From: Candidatus Poribacteria bacterium
Lineage (GTDB): Bacteria; Poribacteria; WGA-4E; UBA9662
Direction: 5' to 3'
NCBI GenBank assembly: GCA_046582655.1
Contig: JAYGDX010000110.1
Span: forward strand, 18,390 to 82,389
Length of the DNA stretch: 64,000 nucleotides
Shown here: positions 20,532 through 30,585 of the stretch, in pieces
How positions within the stretch are numbered: the stretch's first letter is position 1
How the letters are laid out: each line of letters begins with the position of its first letter
Notes under the pieces: generated by a model
What the model saw: the letters and a program-made list of their open reading frames with translations, nothing else
Database searches by the model: none
Told to the model about the DNA's origin: nothing
Translations under genes and position numbers: made by a program

Positions 20532-21085
20532 ATGAACATTGCCGTTATTAGTTGTTCACTTCACCCGCTTAGTAGATCTTATGTTATGGCTCGCCACATT
20601 ATCAAAGAGATTGAATCGTTGGGAAGTACAGTTCAACTTCATGACTTACGTCATTACAATATCGAACTTCGCGATGTTAACTCCGGTCGCTGAAATAATC
20701 AAGCCCAAGAACTGGCGGGGGTTATTCAAACAGCTTCTGCTGTAATTCTAGCTGTACCAATTTACAATTTCTACGCGAATGCCGCAGCCAAAAATCTGAT
20801 TGAATTGACTGGTGATGCCTAGAATAAAAAGGTTGTCGGTTTCATTTGTGCAGAGCAGGTGGCAGATCAAGTTATATGTCAATAATGAGTCTTGCCAATA
20901 GTTTGATGCTTGATTTCCGTTGTTTTATTGTTCCACGGTTTGTTTATGCTACAGGTGAAGCTTTCGCCAATGACCGGACAGAAGAGATGTATCTTTCCTC
21001 TGCTGAAGTGAAGGAGCGTTTACACGAACTAGCTGAGATAACCACCCGACTTGCTGGTGCCATAGAATCGGTGGATTTATTGTGA
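20532..21085 (+). pseudogene. NADPH-dependent FMN reductase (flavodoxin-like), disrupted
   Basis: MNIAVISCSL...SRS, AVPIYNF...AKNLIE, AGGRSSY; stops TGA 20691 and TAG 20820 (at the expected Trp), plus a frameshift near 20850. Confidence 0.88.
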
Positions 21086-21259
21086 AAAAATGTGAGCTGA
21101 TGAATGAAAGTAACACAACCACAGGAAAAAACTCAAGGCTAATCTAGACACATGAACGCCTGAACTCATATGTATAGCCACAACAAACTGAAATTTATCT
21201 TTTGTTGCGTGGTGTTAGATTTCCAGCTTTCCCATCCAATGTCTAACAGTATTGAGGCA

Positions 21260-21370
21260 CTGAACCATGAACTGCATCAGCAATTAACTCTTTACCTTCC
21301 GATACGAAATGCACAGATCAATCGAAGTAAGTTGCAGAGCCTTCTCCCTCCTATGACACACGTTCAATAA
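21260..21370 (-). pseudogene. Possible C-terminal remnant of an SGNH/GDSL hydrolase
   Basis: Minus strand reads ..FD*SVHFVSEGKELIADAV, resembling the DxxH block; very short. Confidence 0.3.
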
Positions 21371-21428
21371 TATGTAACATAAAAAAAGAGTTTGAATAGG
21401 CACTTATCCAAGGTTAATTATAGTTAAA

Positions 21429-22607
21429 CTAAAGCGTGTCTTTGGCCGCGGATCTAATGGCATTTGCTACTTTGTCGATAGTTTCATCACTCATTTCATG
21501 GCCAATGCCAATGCAGATTGCTCGACCAAGATAGTCTAATGTCTTTGGACACATGCGATCTGAGTATTGAATGTCCCCATAGGCAGGGTATGTGTACGGC
21601 AAGCCGTTTGGGTGATAGGTTTTCTTTTGCAGGATATAATCCCAGCCAGGATAAACATGCTTGTCACCATTACCGTGCGTGTACATTGCTCCAGCGGGAA
21701 CACCATATTTCCCCATTACTTCACCAAACTTGCGTGCCAAATCAGGAGTAGGAAGAAAAAACACCATGGTTGTCGAGGCATCACCACTTTCATCGTGGAT
21801 CTTTCGCAACTCAATACCGTCAACGTCAGCAATAGCTTCACGTAGCTTGTGCTTTCGGATTCTCATATTCTCGATGAATCCATCAAGACGGGTCAATTGT
21901 ACTGATGCGATTGCGCCTCGCACTTCGTCCATCCGAAAATTCATCCCGGGGAAAAAAGCACTAGTATGCTTGGAAATTCCCCACAAATTGCCACCGTCGT
22001 GAATCATCCGTGCTCTATCATGCAATTCCTCATTGTTGGTAATGACAATACCTCCTTCTCCAGTGGTGATGATCTTGCTCTGCTGTAGGCTGAAGCACCC
22101 TATATCACCGTGCGTACCGAGTCGAGCTCCTTTGAAACCTGCCCCAATTGCCTGTGCGCAATCCTCGATTACCATCAGGTTGTGTTTTTCGGCAATGGTT
22201 TTGATCGCTTCCATATTAGATGGAACTCCAATCATGTGAACAGGTATGATAGCTTTTGTTCGTGGGGTTATTTTAGCTTCGATATCGTTCGGATCGATTG
22301 TCAGTGAATTGTCAATCTCAGCTATGACAGGAACCGAATTGGCAATCACTACTGACGCAGGAGTTGCAATCCAAGTGTAAGCGGAAACGATGACCTCATC
22401 TCCAAGACCAATACCTGCCGCATAAAGTGCAACAATTAAAGAAGAAGTTCCACCGTTGGTAGCCAACGCATATTCGACGTTAAATTTTTCTGTGATGCCA
22501 TTTTCAAACGCAGTAACTTTGGATTCTGCCGGTCCATATCGGCAAAGGCCACCTGATTTTACAACTTCTAGGACGGCTTGTTGTTCTTCCTCGCCTATAA
22601 AATACAT
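21429..22607 (-). CDS. DegT/DnrJ/EryC1/StrS PLP-dependent aminotransferase
   Basis: GDEVIV, TKAIIPVH, IEDCAQA, FSLQQSKIITTGEGG (PLP lysine). Confidence 0.95.
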   Translation of the reverse strand: MYFIGEEEQQAVLEVVKSGGLCRYGPAESKVTAFENGITEKFNVEYALATNGGTSSLIVALYAAGIGLGDEVIVSAYTWIATPASVVIANSVPVIAEIDNSLTIDPNDIEAKITPRTKAIIPVHMIGVPSNMEAIKTIAEKHNLMVIEDCAQAIGAGFKGARLGTHGDIGCFSLQQSKIITTGEGGIVITNNEELHDRARMIHDGGNLWGISKHTSAFFPGMNFRMDEVRGAIASVQLTRLDGFIENMRIRKHKLREAIADVDGIELRKIHDESGDASTTMVFFLPTPDLARKFGEVMGKYGVPAGAMYTHGNGDKHVYPGWDYILQKKTYHPNGLPYTYPAYGDIQYSDRMCPKTLDYLGRAICIGIGHEMSDETIDKVANAIRSAAKDTL

Positions 22608-22715
22608 CCTTTATTTCTCCTTATCTTGGCAGGGATTATAGCATACAACAGTTAATATGATAGAGATTGATCATACAAAAGGCTTCAACACGATTATACT
22701 ATCACTCGATGTTTT

Positions 22716-23696
22716 TTAATCTTCCGGTTCAACGTTCCATTTAATCTCCTCAACCGGATCATATGATCGAACGCATCGAAACCCAATTTTGTTGTCAGCC
22801 TTGTCCGGGGATTGCTTGTTGCGAAGCGCAACACGTAACCCATACCATTTAAAGTACCAGCACCCACCACGTAAGACATGGGGTTGCAACATATTTTTAT
22901 TCTCTTGCTTTTTCCGTTCTTGACTTTGAACGATGAAACCATCAACACCAATCTCTCCAGTAATTAATTCAATCAGGTGATCATATCCAGACAAAGGGTT
23001 CTTTAACAAACTGGCTTTTTGACTAATTTCAAGGAAGTAGAAATCATCGTATTCATCCATACACCACTCTCGGGCATTACCTGCCATGTCATACAAACCA
23101 TAGCCATTAGGAGGAAAGCTACCCACTGGTGCCGTATAACGATAACCGTCTGCTGATCCATTAATTCCAACATACTGGCTGGTTATATAATTCCCATCTA
23201 CGTCTGGTATATCTGGTTTGCCGCTACCCCAAGGAAACTTCTTATCAATTTGTCCCCCACGGGCTGCGTACGCCCATTCCGCTTCAGTCGGCAGTCTTTT
23301 TCCAGCCCAAATGGCATAACTCATGGCATCATACCAGGTCACGCCCACCACCGGTTGATCGGGCGCATTGAAGTCAGGATCTTCCCAAAAAGTCGGTTCT
23401 TTATATCCTGCCTCATTGATGAATTTACTATATTGGGCATTGGTTATCTCATAAACATCAATGTAAAAAGATGAAAGCTCAACGGTATGAACCGGTTTTT
23501 CATAAATCGGCCCATCATTAAATTGATCTCCCATTTCAAAAGACCCGAAAGGAATTCGCAACATTTTGGATCCATCCTTCCAAGTAACTTCTTCCCAATG
23601 AATGGCTCGCATTTCCTCATTATCTTGGCTGCACCCTATAAAACCAATCAGTGCGACAAAAACCAAAGACATGAAAAGTGTCGTGCTTTTCGGCAT
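22716..23696 (-). CDS. FGE-sulfatase (SUMF1/EgtB/PvdO) domain lipoprotein
   Basis: Lipobox FIGC after ATG 23696; YEITNAQY, PVVGVTW, RLPTEAEW, NGYGLYDMAGN..EW, IGFRC. Confidence 0.9.
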   Translation of the reverse strand: MPKSTTLFMSLVFVALIGFIGCSQDNEEMRAIHWEEVTWKDGSKMLRIPFGSFEMGDQFNDGPIYEKPVHTVELSSFYIDVYEITNAQYSKFINEAGYKEPTFWEDPDFNAPDQPVVGVTWYDAMSYAIWAGKRLPTEAEWAYAARGGQIDKKFPWGSGKPDIPDVDGNYITSQYVGINGSADGYRYTAPVGSFPPNGYGLYDMAGNAREWCMDEYDDFYFLEISQKASLLKNPLSGYDHLIELITGEIGVDGFIVQSQERKKQENKNMLQPHVLRGGCWYFKWYGLRVALRNKQSPDKADNKIGFRCVRSYDPVEEIKWNVEPED

Positions 23697-23721
23697 CAGA
23701 TACAAATAGAGAGAACAGTGT

Positions 23722-24624
23722 TTAATCAAGATAATCAGGAAACCTAAGAAATTTCCGGGTATTTCCGCCCCCGATTTGATTGTATTCGTACTCAGATAGA
23801 TCAGGCAACAATTCGCCAATAATTTGCGACATTTTTCTATAACCAGGATTATTAAAAATCCAAGGAAAATCAGTTGCCCACATGAGTCTTTCTGCACCAT
23901 ATGTTCCTAGCAGGCTTCGGTGCCAGCCAGCCAGATCTCGGTACGGATAATCTTCTTTACTAAAAGCGTATTGGCCTGACAGATGTATCATAACATTCTC
24001 ATATCGGGCTAGCCGATGTGTGGTGTGGAAAGCGGGATTGTACGCAGGCGTTTCGACTTGTGGACGACCATCTTGATCAATGGAGAACTTCCCTTGTCCG
24101 GGGCAGATACCAAGATGATTTATTACAACTCGAACCTGTGGAAACTCTTCCAGTAAATATGGAATCAGTTGTGCATCGATGGCGTGAAGATACAGCCAAA
24201 GGACGTAATCTCTTTCGGCTGCATGCTCCCAGATAGGAAATGCCTTGAATTCCCTGATATCAATTGGTACAAACGGGTCCCTTGGTCCTCCCAATGAAGA
24301 AAGTCGAAATCCAACAATTGCCGAATTACCCGCCAATTTATCCATGTGTGGCGCCACGTCGGTGACATCCTGAGGAATAAGTCCAATGCCTAAGAAATGC
24401 TGAGGGTAAGATTTTAAACAGTGTAACAGATAGGCATGAGATGCTATGTCGTTGCCACCAGTTTGCACCAATACCGCCTGATCAACCCGATTACTCTCCA
24501 TCTCTGCCAATAACTTCTCGACAGGTTCTTCGCGGTCTGCAGGAATTAACTGGCTGACCTCTCTTGGGAATTCCGTTGAAGCCGCAGCAAATACATGGCC
24601 GTGTGAATCAATTTTAGGTGTCAT
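23722..24624 (-). CDS. Amidohydrolase_2 family protein (sugar-lactonase-like)
   Basis: IDSHGH, VINHLG, RLMWATDFP. Confidence 0.9.
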   Translation of the reverse strand: MTPKIDSHGHVFAAASTEFPREVSQLIPADREEPVEKLLAEMESNRVDQAVLVQTGGNDIASHAYLLHCLKSYPQHFLGIGLIPQDVTDVAPHMDKLAGNSAIVGFRLSSLGGPRDPFVPIDIREFKAFPIWEHAAERDYVLWLYLHAIDAQLIPYLLEEFPQVRVVINHLGICPGQGKFSIDQDGRPQVETPAYNPAFHTTHRLARYENVMIHLSGQYAFSKEDYPYRDLAGWHRSLLGTYGAERLMWATDFPWIFNNPGYRKMSQIIGELLPDLSEYEYNQIGGGNTRKFLRFPDYLD

Positions 24625-25339
24625 ATGCCTCCAAACTAAAAAGTCTGCGCCGTTGCGGTGTCACACAGCAACCAGAGATAGAGGCAAATGTGCCAGGACC
24701 AATTCGATTCGGCGTTGATTTCTCGTAGATGAGAATGATCGACTTTCGGATGGCATCGGTTTGGCTATCCATACTGGTATGCCAACCGTAGGAATTGAAA
24801 ACGATGGCTGTACCTGCTTGACCTGGAAAAGCTTTGTGTCCCGGCATGCTCCTTGACCACTTGACTTTCGGATATGGACCGCTGTCTAGTTTGTGGCTTC
24901 CTGGGACAAAAGCGAATTCGCCAGATCCCGGTAGGACATCATGGACGTAGATCTGAACTTTAATATGCAATGGATTGCTAAAGGGCACATCTGAATGCCA
25001 ACTGGTATAGCTTACCGGCCACGGTGGAAGGGTTCGTACTTGCGGTCCAAGCAGTATCAGTTGATCATCAGTAAAAGTCATTAATGTCCCATAGTAACTA
25101 GGATAATCGACAAGATCAATGAATATTTCATCTTTGGCAAAAGGATCAGGTATATCATAAAAAGTGGCGGGATTTTCACCTGCCTCAACCCGGTTGAGCC
25201 AGTCTTCCTTGCAAACAACTGACCAGTGATCAAATGCATCTTGTAATCGTTTAAGATTATCATCTTGAATAGCTTTTTCGAAAACTAAGTATCCTTCATC
25301 ATTCCATTGTTTTTGTTGCTCAGCAGTCGGTCTAACCAT
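24614..25339 (-). CDS. PhyH-family Fe(II)/2OG dioxygenase
   Basis: WNDEGYLV, WHSD, VPGSH, GQAGTAIVF, WHTS, RKS. Confidence 0.92.
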   Translation of the reverse strand: MVRPTAEQQKQWNDEGYLVFEKAIQDDNLKRLQDAFDHWSVVCKEDWLNRVEAGENPATFYDIPDPFAKDEIFIDLVDYPSYYGTLMTFTDDQLILLGPQVRTLPPWPVSYTSWHSDVPFSNPLHIKVQIYVHDVLPGSGEFAFVPGSHKLDSGPYPKVKWSRSMPGHKAFPGQAGTAIVFNSYGWHTSMDSQTDAIRKSIILIYEKSTPNRIGPGTFASISGCCVTPQRRRLFSLEAYDT

Positions 25340-25377
25340 TATTCAACCTCATATCAGTTTATCCTCAGCATTTGATT

Positions 25378-26394
25378 TCAAGATAAACTTATCACCGTTC
25401 CAGTTTCAATGCTATCACTAATTGCCTTTAATACTTTCATACTTTGGCAGGCATCTTCCAAACTAGCTTCAGGCTGGACTCCTTGGAGCAAGGATTTCGC
25501 CCAATGTTGCATCTCCTCGAGATAACCAGGGCGGCCAATGCTGTGGAATGCCGTGTTGAGGTCCCATTCCTCCGTCGGTGTGTCCGCGTAACCACCACCT
25601 TGTCCTGACCATGTTGGAACTCGATATCGACGAAGTTTGCGGGTTTCAAGTACTTGGATTGCCTGATTATTTGAGCCTTTAACATACACCATTGCTTCCA
25701 GAACCGGACCAATGCCCAACGTCATGGTACCAACCGCTCCGTTGGCATAACGCAAATTGACACTGATTGAAACAGTTCCTGTATCTGTATCCGTACCATC
25801 AAATGAAAATACATCGTTAACCGGTCCCATAAAAAATCGCATACAGTCCGTCGGATGAATTGCTTGATCTAACATAAAAGGCCAAGCAAAGGGTGCATCA
25901 GACGAATGTATACGTGGAGATGGCGCCAAGTAGCGTGTATGGTATTGGCAAACACGTCCGAAATCATCCTCCTCAATCAGCCTTTTTGCCATTTGGTGAG
26001 CAGGAGCGTGCCTCCACATGGTTCCAACCATCCCCGTTTTCCCAGTTCGAACTGATGCATCCACCAAACTTTTTGCGCCTTCTACAGTTGTTGCAGGTGG
26101 TTTCTCAACGTAAATGTGATAGCCGCGTTCCAAACATTCGATCCCAATATCACGATGTAATTTATCCTCAGGTCGACCGACCACAGCAACAGCATCCAAC
26201 TCTTCGTCGCCGAGCATCTGATCATAGTTGGTGTAGTGTCGCAAAGCGCCAAATTTCCTTGCATTTGATTGTGCTCGTTCCTCTACTAAATCGCAGGTGG
26301 CTATAAAGTTGAACTCAGGTATCATTGGAATGCATCTTTGCAATTGCGATGACATTCCACCGCAACCGATGAAGGCAATTCGAATCCGATCCAT
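25378..26394 (-). CDS. Gfo/Idh/MocA family oxidoreductase
   Basis: IAFIGCGG, ATCD, HIYVEKP, DQAIH. Confidence 0.93.
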   Translation of the reverse strand: MDRIRIAFIGCGGMSSQLQRCIPMIPEFNFIATCDLVEERAQSNARKFGALRHYTNYDQMLGDEELDAVAVVGRPEDKLHRDIGIECLERGYHIYVEKPPATTVEGAKSLVDASVRTGKTGMVGTMWRHAPAHQMAKRLIEEDDFGRVCQYHTRYLAPSPRIHSSDAPFAWPFMLDQAIHPTDCMRFFMGPVNDVFSFDGTDTDTGTVSISVNLRYANGAVGTMTLGIGPVLEAMVYVKGSNNQAIQVLETRKLRRYRVPTWSGQGGGYADTPTEEWDLNTAFHSIGRPGYLEEMQHWAKSLLQGVQPEASLEDACQSMKVLKAISDSIETGTVISLS

Positions 26395-26493
26395 TTATTC
26401 TATGACCTAAACTCATTCAGAATTTTATTTAAAATTACTTAAACTGATTTTATCACAGAGCCCACCTTTAAGTATATTATAAAGTAGACTCTC

Positions 26494-27117
26494 TTAACTT
26501 TTTTGACCCATGACCACATATACAGGGTCGGTATAGCCTATATATTTCGGTGTAATATTAAGAAATTGTACGTTTTCATAACCGCCAGCCAGATCGAAAT
26601 AGTATTCAACAAGTTGTTGATGCTGGCTAGCAGGTACAGCACGCCATATTGCTACCGCTTTAGTCGGAAACGTTCGGTTTGAAAAGGCGACGATCAAAAA
26701 TCCTGAGGTATCGAGAACGCGATGAACCTGCCGAAAAACCTCTACTGGCTGCGTAAGATATTGAATTGATACGGTGACAACAACTGCTCCAAATCTGTTA
26801 GCTCCAAACGGCAATACTGGCTCACAGTTTAGATTGTGTACAACACATGAAGTCAATATCGGATTAGCATCCATTTCAACATTATTCATCCCCAAACCGA
26901 TAACACATTCCTTTGACATGCGAATAGGGAAATGGGAAAATGTGCTACTCATTAGGTCTAAAATGGTTCTTCCCGAGGGCAAAACATCATCATAGAAATT
27001 TTCAATTGCTAAACAAGCATTTTCATCAATATGTTTCACCATACGCGGCACTTGATAAAACAGTTCATCGTTGCTCTCATCAATGCGAGAGAAAAATTCC
27101 GGTTTTAGTTCTTTCAT
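26494..27117 (-). CDS. Class I SAM-dependent methyltransferase (type 11)
   Basis: FYQVPRMVKHID, ILDLMSS, GLGMN, VSIQYL, FSNRTFPTKA. Confidence 0.9.
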   Translation of the reverse strand: MKELKPEFFSRIDESNDELFYQVPRMVKHIDENACLAIENFYDDVLPSGRTILDLMSSTFSHFPIRMSKECVIGLGMNNVEMDANPILTSCVVHNLNCEPVLPFGANRFGAVVVTVSIQYLTQPVEVFRQVHRVLDTSGFLIVAFSNRTFPTKAVAIWRAVPASQHQQLVEYYFDLAGGYENVQFLNITPKYIGYTDPVYVVMGQKS

Positions 27118-27124
27118 ACTGAAA

Positions 27125-28423
27125 TTATGAGGAATATTTAAAAATATGTTTAGGAGCTAATAAGGACAATGAAATTCCACGAGCAATGTTCAACAGGGTC
27201 AATGAAAACCAAAGACCATGGTTGCCATATGGAATAAACAAATAATAGGATGGCAAAAATATGCATAGCGTCGAACAAATCATGGCATTTCTCATAATTG
27301 GAGTGGCAGTTGCTCCCAGAAAGACGCCATCCCAGATATATGGCGCAATATTAATGATAGGAGCTAACACGACCCATATCATATACGGCATTGCCTGAGT
27401 AATTATTACTTCTTGATTCGTGAATAAACGAAGTATATTCTCACCAACGACCAGAAATGTTAAACTAAAGATGCAACCAAAAATGTATGCCCATGCAAAG
27501 GCATATTTTACTGCTAATTTGAGATTGATATAATCAAGAGCGCCTTTGTATTTTCCAACTAAACTTTCGGTGGCAAAAGCGAAGCCATCAACAGCATAAG
27601 CTACAAATATAATGAACTGGAGCAAGATGGCGTTTACAGCCAGAACGGCGTCACTAATCAATGCCGATTTCGAGGTAAAGAAAGCATGACTCAAAACTAA
27701 GCACAGTGTTCGAATGAAAATATCACGACTGATTATCAAAAACTGACGCAAAATCGATAGATCTAAAGCCACTAACGAAAGTGCATTTCCCAAGAGCTTG
27801 CGATAACGATATAGAAACAATACAATAGCCAAAAACAAACCAAAATATTGTGCACATGCTGTGCCAAGTGCTACACCATCCGATCTCATTTGAAAGACTT
27901 TAACAAATAATACACTCAGTACGATGTTCACACTATTTACAATGATAGCCAAGATCATTGGGTGCCGGGCATTTTGCATGCCTAAAAACCAGCCGTGAAA
28001 TGCGTGAAGTGCTAAGGTTGCGGGTACTGCAAAGATACAGATACGAAAGTATACTTTGGCTAATTGCTCTACTTCGGAGCTGGCTTCGATCAACAAGAAA
28101 ATGATCTCAACAATAATTGGATAGGAAATGATGAGCAGTAGGCTGCTTATGAAGGCAAAAAGCAAAGCGACCTTCAGAATTGAGAGACATCGTTCTGAGT
28201 CATCGGCTCCATAGGCTTGCGCCGTCATGCCAGTTGTGCTCATCCTGAGGAACCCAAATCCCCAATAGATCACATTAAAGGCAACTCCACCAACAGCGAC
28301 AGCCCCCAAATGCTGTTCTTTTGATAAATGTCCCATCAACATGAGATCAACAGCACTTAGCATTGGCACCGAGACATTGCTAATGATGTTTGGAATTGCT
28401 AGCCGAAGAATCTCTCTGTTCAT
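27125..28423 (-). CDS. dinF: MATE efflux transporter, DinF-like
   Basis: ILRLAIPNIISN, FGFLRMSTTG..AQAYG, DGFA, GLW; about 12 TM. Confidence 0.9.
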   Translation of the reverse strand: MNREILRLAIPNIISNVSVPMLSAVDLMLMGHLSKEQHLGAVAVGGVAFNVIYWGFGFLRMSTTGMTAQAYGADDSERCLSILKVALLFAFISSLLLIISYPIIVEIIFLLIEASSEVEQLAKVYFRICIFAVPATLALHAFHGWFLGMQNARHPMILAIIVNSVNIVLSVLFVKVFQMRSDGVALGTACAQYFGLFLAIVLFLYRYRKLLGNALSLVALDLSILRQFLIISRDIFIRTLCLVLSHAFFTSKSALISDAVLAVNAILLQFIIFVAYAVDGFAFATESLVGKYKGALDYINLKLAVKYAFAWAYIFGCIFSLTFLVVGENILRLFTNQEVIITQAMPYMIWVVLAPIINIAPYIWDGVFLGATATPIMRNAMICSTLCIFLPSYYLFIPYGNHGLWFSLTLLNIARGISLSLLAPKHIFKYSS

Positions 28424-28666
28424 TTTCTAGCGACTTTTAATCTATACCCCATTTTCTTGCTGTACATGCATTTTCTAGCGTAGAGATCGTATCTTGGCTT
28501 TCTGCAACTAAAAAAACATCTATGATTCGATCTCATCATAGTAATATAGCCGAATGTTTTTTCAATCAGGAATATACAAAAAAACAGCACTCCACAACCA
28601 TATCATATATAATAAAATAGTAGGAAGTTTAATGTTTAAAGTGAAATTATGTTTTAGGATGGTTAC

Positions 28667-29461
28667 GTGAAACCCATAATTTTTAGTTTAGCGCTACTTA
28701 GCACTATTTTCATGTCATTTTCTCTTGCTTGGTCTGATTTTCTGCCTGAGGCAAATGGCGCTGAATTTGACCTTGAACACGGTGAAGCAATTGCCGGTGT
28801 TTTACCAAGTCCTCCTAAGATTGATGGTAATTTGGATGACTGGAAGTATGCAGTCTGGATTGCCTTTGATTCCAAGAAGGATATTCTGCGAGGCCACGCT
28901 GATTGGAAAGGGAAAGATGACATAAGTGTCACATGGTCTACAGCTTGGGATAAAGATAATTTCTACTTCGCGGCTGCGGTACGTGATGATAAATTCACGC
29001 CAGGCCCTGATACCGCCAACGCTTGGAAAGGAGACTGTATCTTTCTTTATATTGATTGGGAAAATCTCGAGGTGGCTGCACCGTCGGGCAAACCCAATTT
29101 TTCTTTCATTAAGAAGAAGGCTAAAGTAACCAATTTCGGTCAAAACCCGGATATCCATCTTTCCCCAATCGCTATTGTGCCAACCCCAAAGCTAGGAAAG
29201 GGCGGGATGATTTATGAAGTCGCTATGTCTTTTAAGGACAGCACCAAAAGAAAGATCAAGGAAGGTGATCATGTCGGTTTTACTCCCGGATATGAAGAAG
29301 GGTTTAATGATCCAGCTGAACAAGGCGTCTTTCTTTGCTAGAATGGAGCAAATCCGGACGACTCATCCCTACTGGGAAAATTAACGTTTGGCGGTCCGCT
29401 AGCTGTTAATTTAAGTAACAAGCTAACAACAAAATGGGGGGTCCTCAAAGCGCGAAAATAG
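28667..29461 (+). pseudogene. Secreted CBM9/DOMON-like sugar-binding protein, copy 1, with a premature TAG at 29339
   Basis: Signal peptide; PKIDGNLDDW, WDKDNFYFAAAVRDD, GDCI, YEVAM. The TAG aligns with TGG in copy 2, and the frame continues 39 aa to ...LAVNLSNKLTTKWGVLKARK. Confidence 0.85.
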
Positions 29462-29565
29462 GAGTCTGGCAATATTAAGTTTTTTGATGTAATCTCAAAT
29501 GCAAATCTAAATTTGAATCCGATGGATTGAAATTTCCCCAGCTAAACGTAAGAAAGGAGAATCAA

Positions 29566-30368
29566 ATAAAAAAAATAATTTGCAGTTTAACGGTACTTTG
29601 TGCCATGTTTGCATCACTCACTTTGGCTCAGGCCGCTGGTTTTCTGCCAAAAGCGAATGGGACGGAACTTGGCCTTAAATATGGTGAGACCATTGCCAGA
29701 CAGTTTACAAAGCCTCCTAAGATTGATGGTAATCTGGATGATTGGCAAGGAGCTGTTTGGATCGCTTTCGACACCGAAAAAGAGCTCTTGCGAGGCCACG
29801 CTGATTGGAAAGGGAAAGATGACATCAGTATGACTTGGTCCATGGCCTATGATGATGAGAATTTCTACTTTGCAACGGCAGTGCGTGACGACATATTTTC
29901 TCCAGGTGCCAAGGTCAGCGAGGCTTGGCAAGGGGACTGTATCTTTCTCTATATCGATTGGGAAAACAAGAAAAAAGGCGCCCCAGATTGTAAGCCGAAT
30001 TTGTCCTTCATAAACAAAGAAGCTAAAGTGACTAACTTTGGTAAGAATCCCGAAGTTTCAAAATCAAAGATCGCTATTGAACCCAACGCTGATTTGGGTA
30101 AAGGCGGGATGATTTATGAGGTTGCCATGCCTTTCAAATATATAACTGCAGTCAAGGTTAAGAAAGGACTTGAAGTGGGAATTACACCTGGATACGAAGA
30201 AGGTTTTAATCATGACGAGGAAAAAGGTGTTTTCCTCGACTGGGGTGGTATTAATCCGGACGACTCATCCAAACTGGGCAGATGAAATTTAGTGGACCAA
30301 TAGTTCCGTCAAGTGTCGAATCCAAAAATAAATTGACAACATTTTGGGGAGTTGTCAAAGGTCAGTAA
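29566..30368 (+). pseudogene. Secreted CBM9/DOMON-like sugar-binding protein, copy 2, with an ATA start and a frameshift near 30283
   Basis: AAGGAG is followed 6 nt later by ATA (ATG expected). The body is highly similar to copy 1. A 1-nt shift restores KFSGPIVPSSVESKNKLTTFWGVVKGQ. Confidence 0.82.
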
Positions 30369-30392
30369 AATTTAATCCTCACTTTTACCTCT

Positions 30393-30477
30393 AGGAGTTG
30401 AGCAATTAGATCTATAGAGAACTAAGTTCGGAGCCTTATAGGTTAGCACCCGAATTTGGACTGATTGCTTGACTCCT
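30393..30477 (+). ncRNA. Unassigned structured RNA element
   Basis: 17-bp outer helix with three G-U pairs, 10-bp inner helix with G-U pairs, and an apical hairpin. Confidence 0.45.
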
Positions 30478-30585
30478 TCTACATTTAGCAAATAAAAAAA
30501 TAACTATTGAATAGAATAATAAATTATTAGATCTTCGCCAATATTTGACTGTCTTTTTCACTTTAAGTCCGCATAGGTTGAAATA

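Noticed and set aside
23697..23900. Long N-terminal extension of the FGE ORF overlapping the amidohydrolase gene
   Set aside because: ATG 23696 gives a clean lipoprotein signal and removes the overlap.
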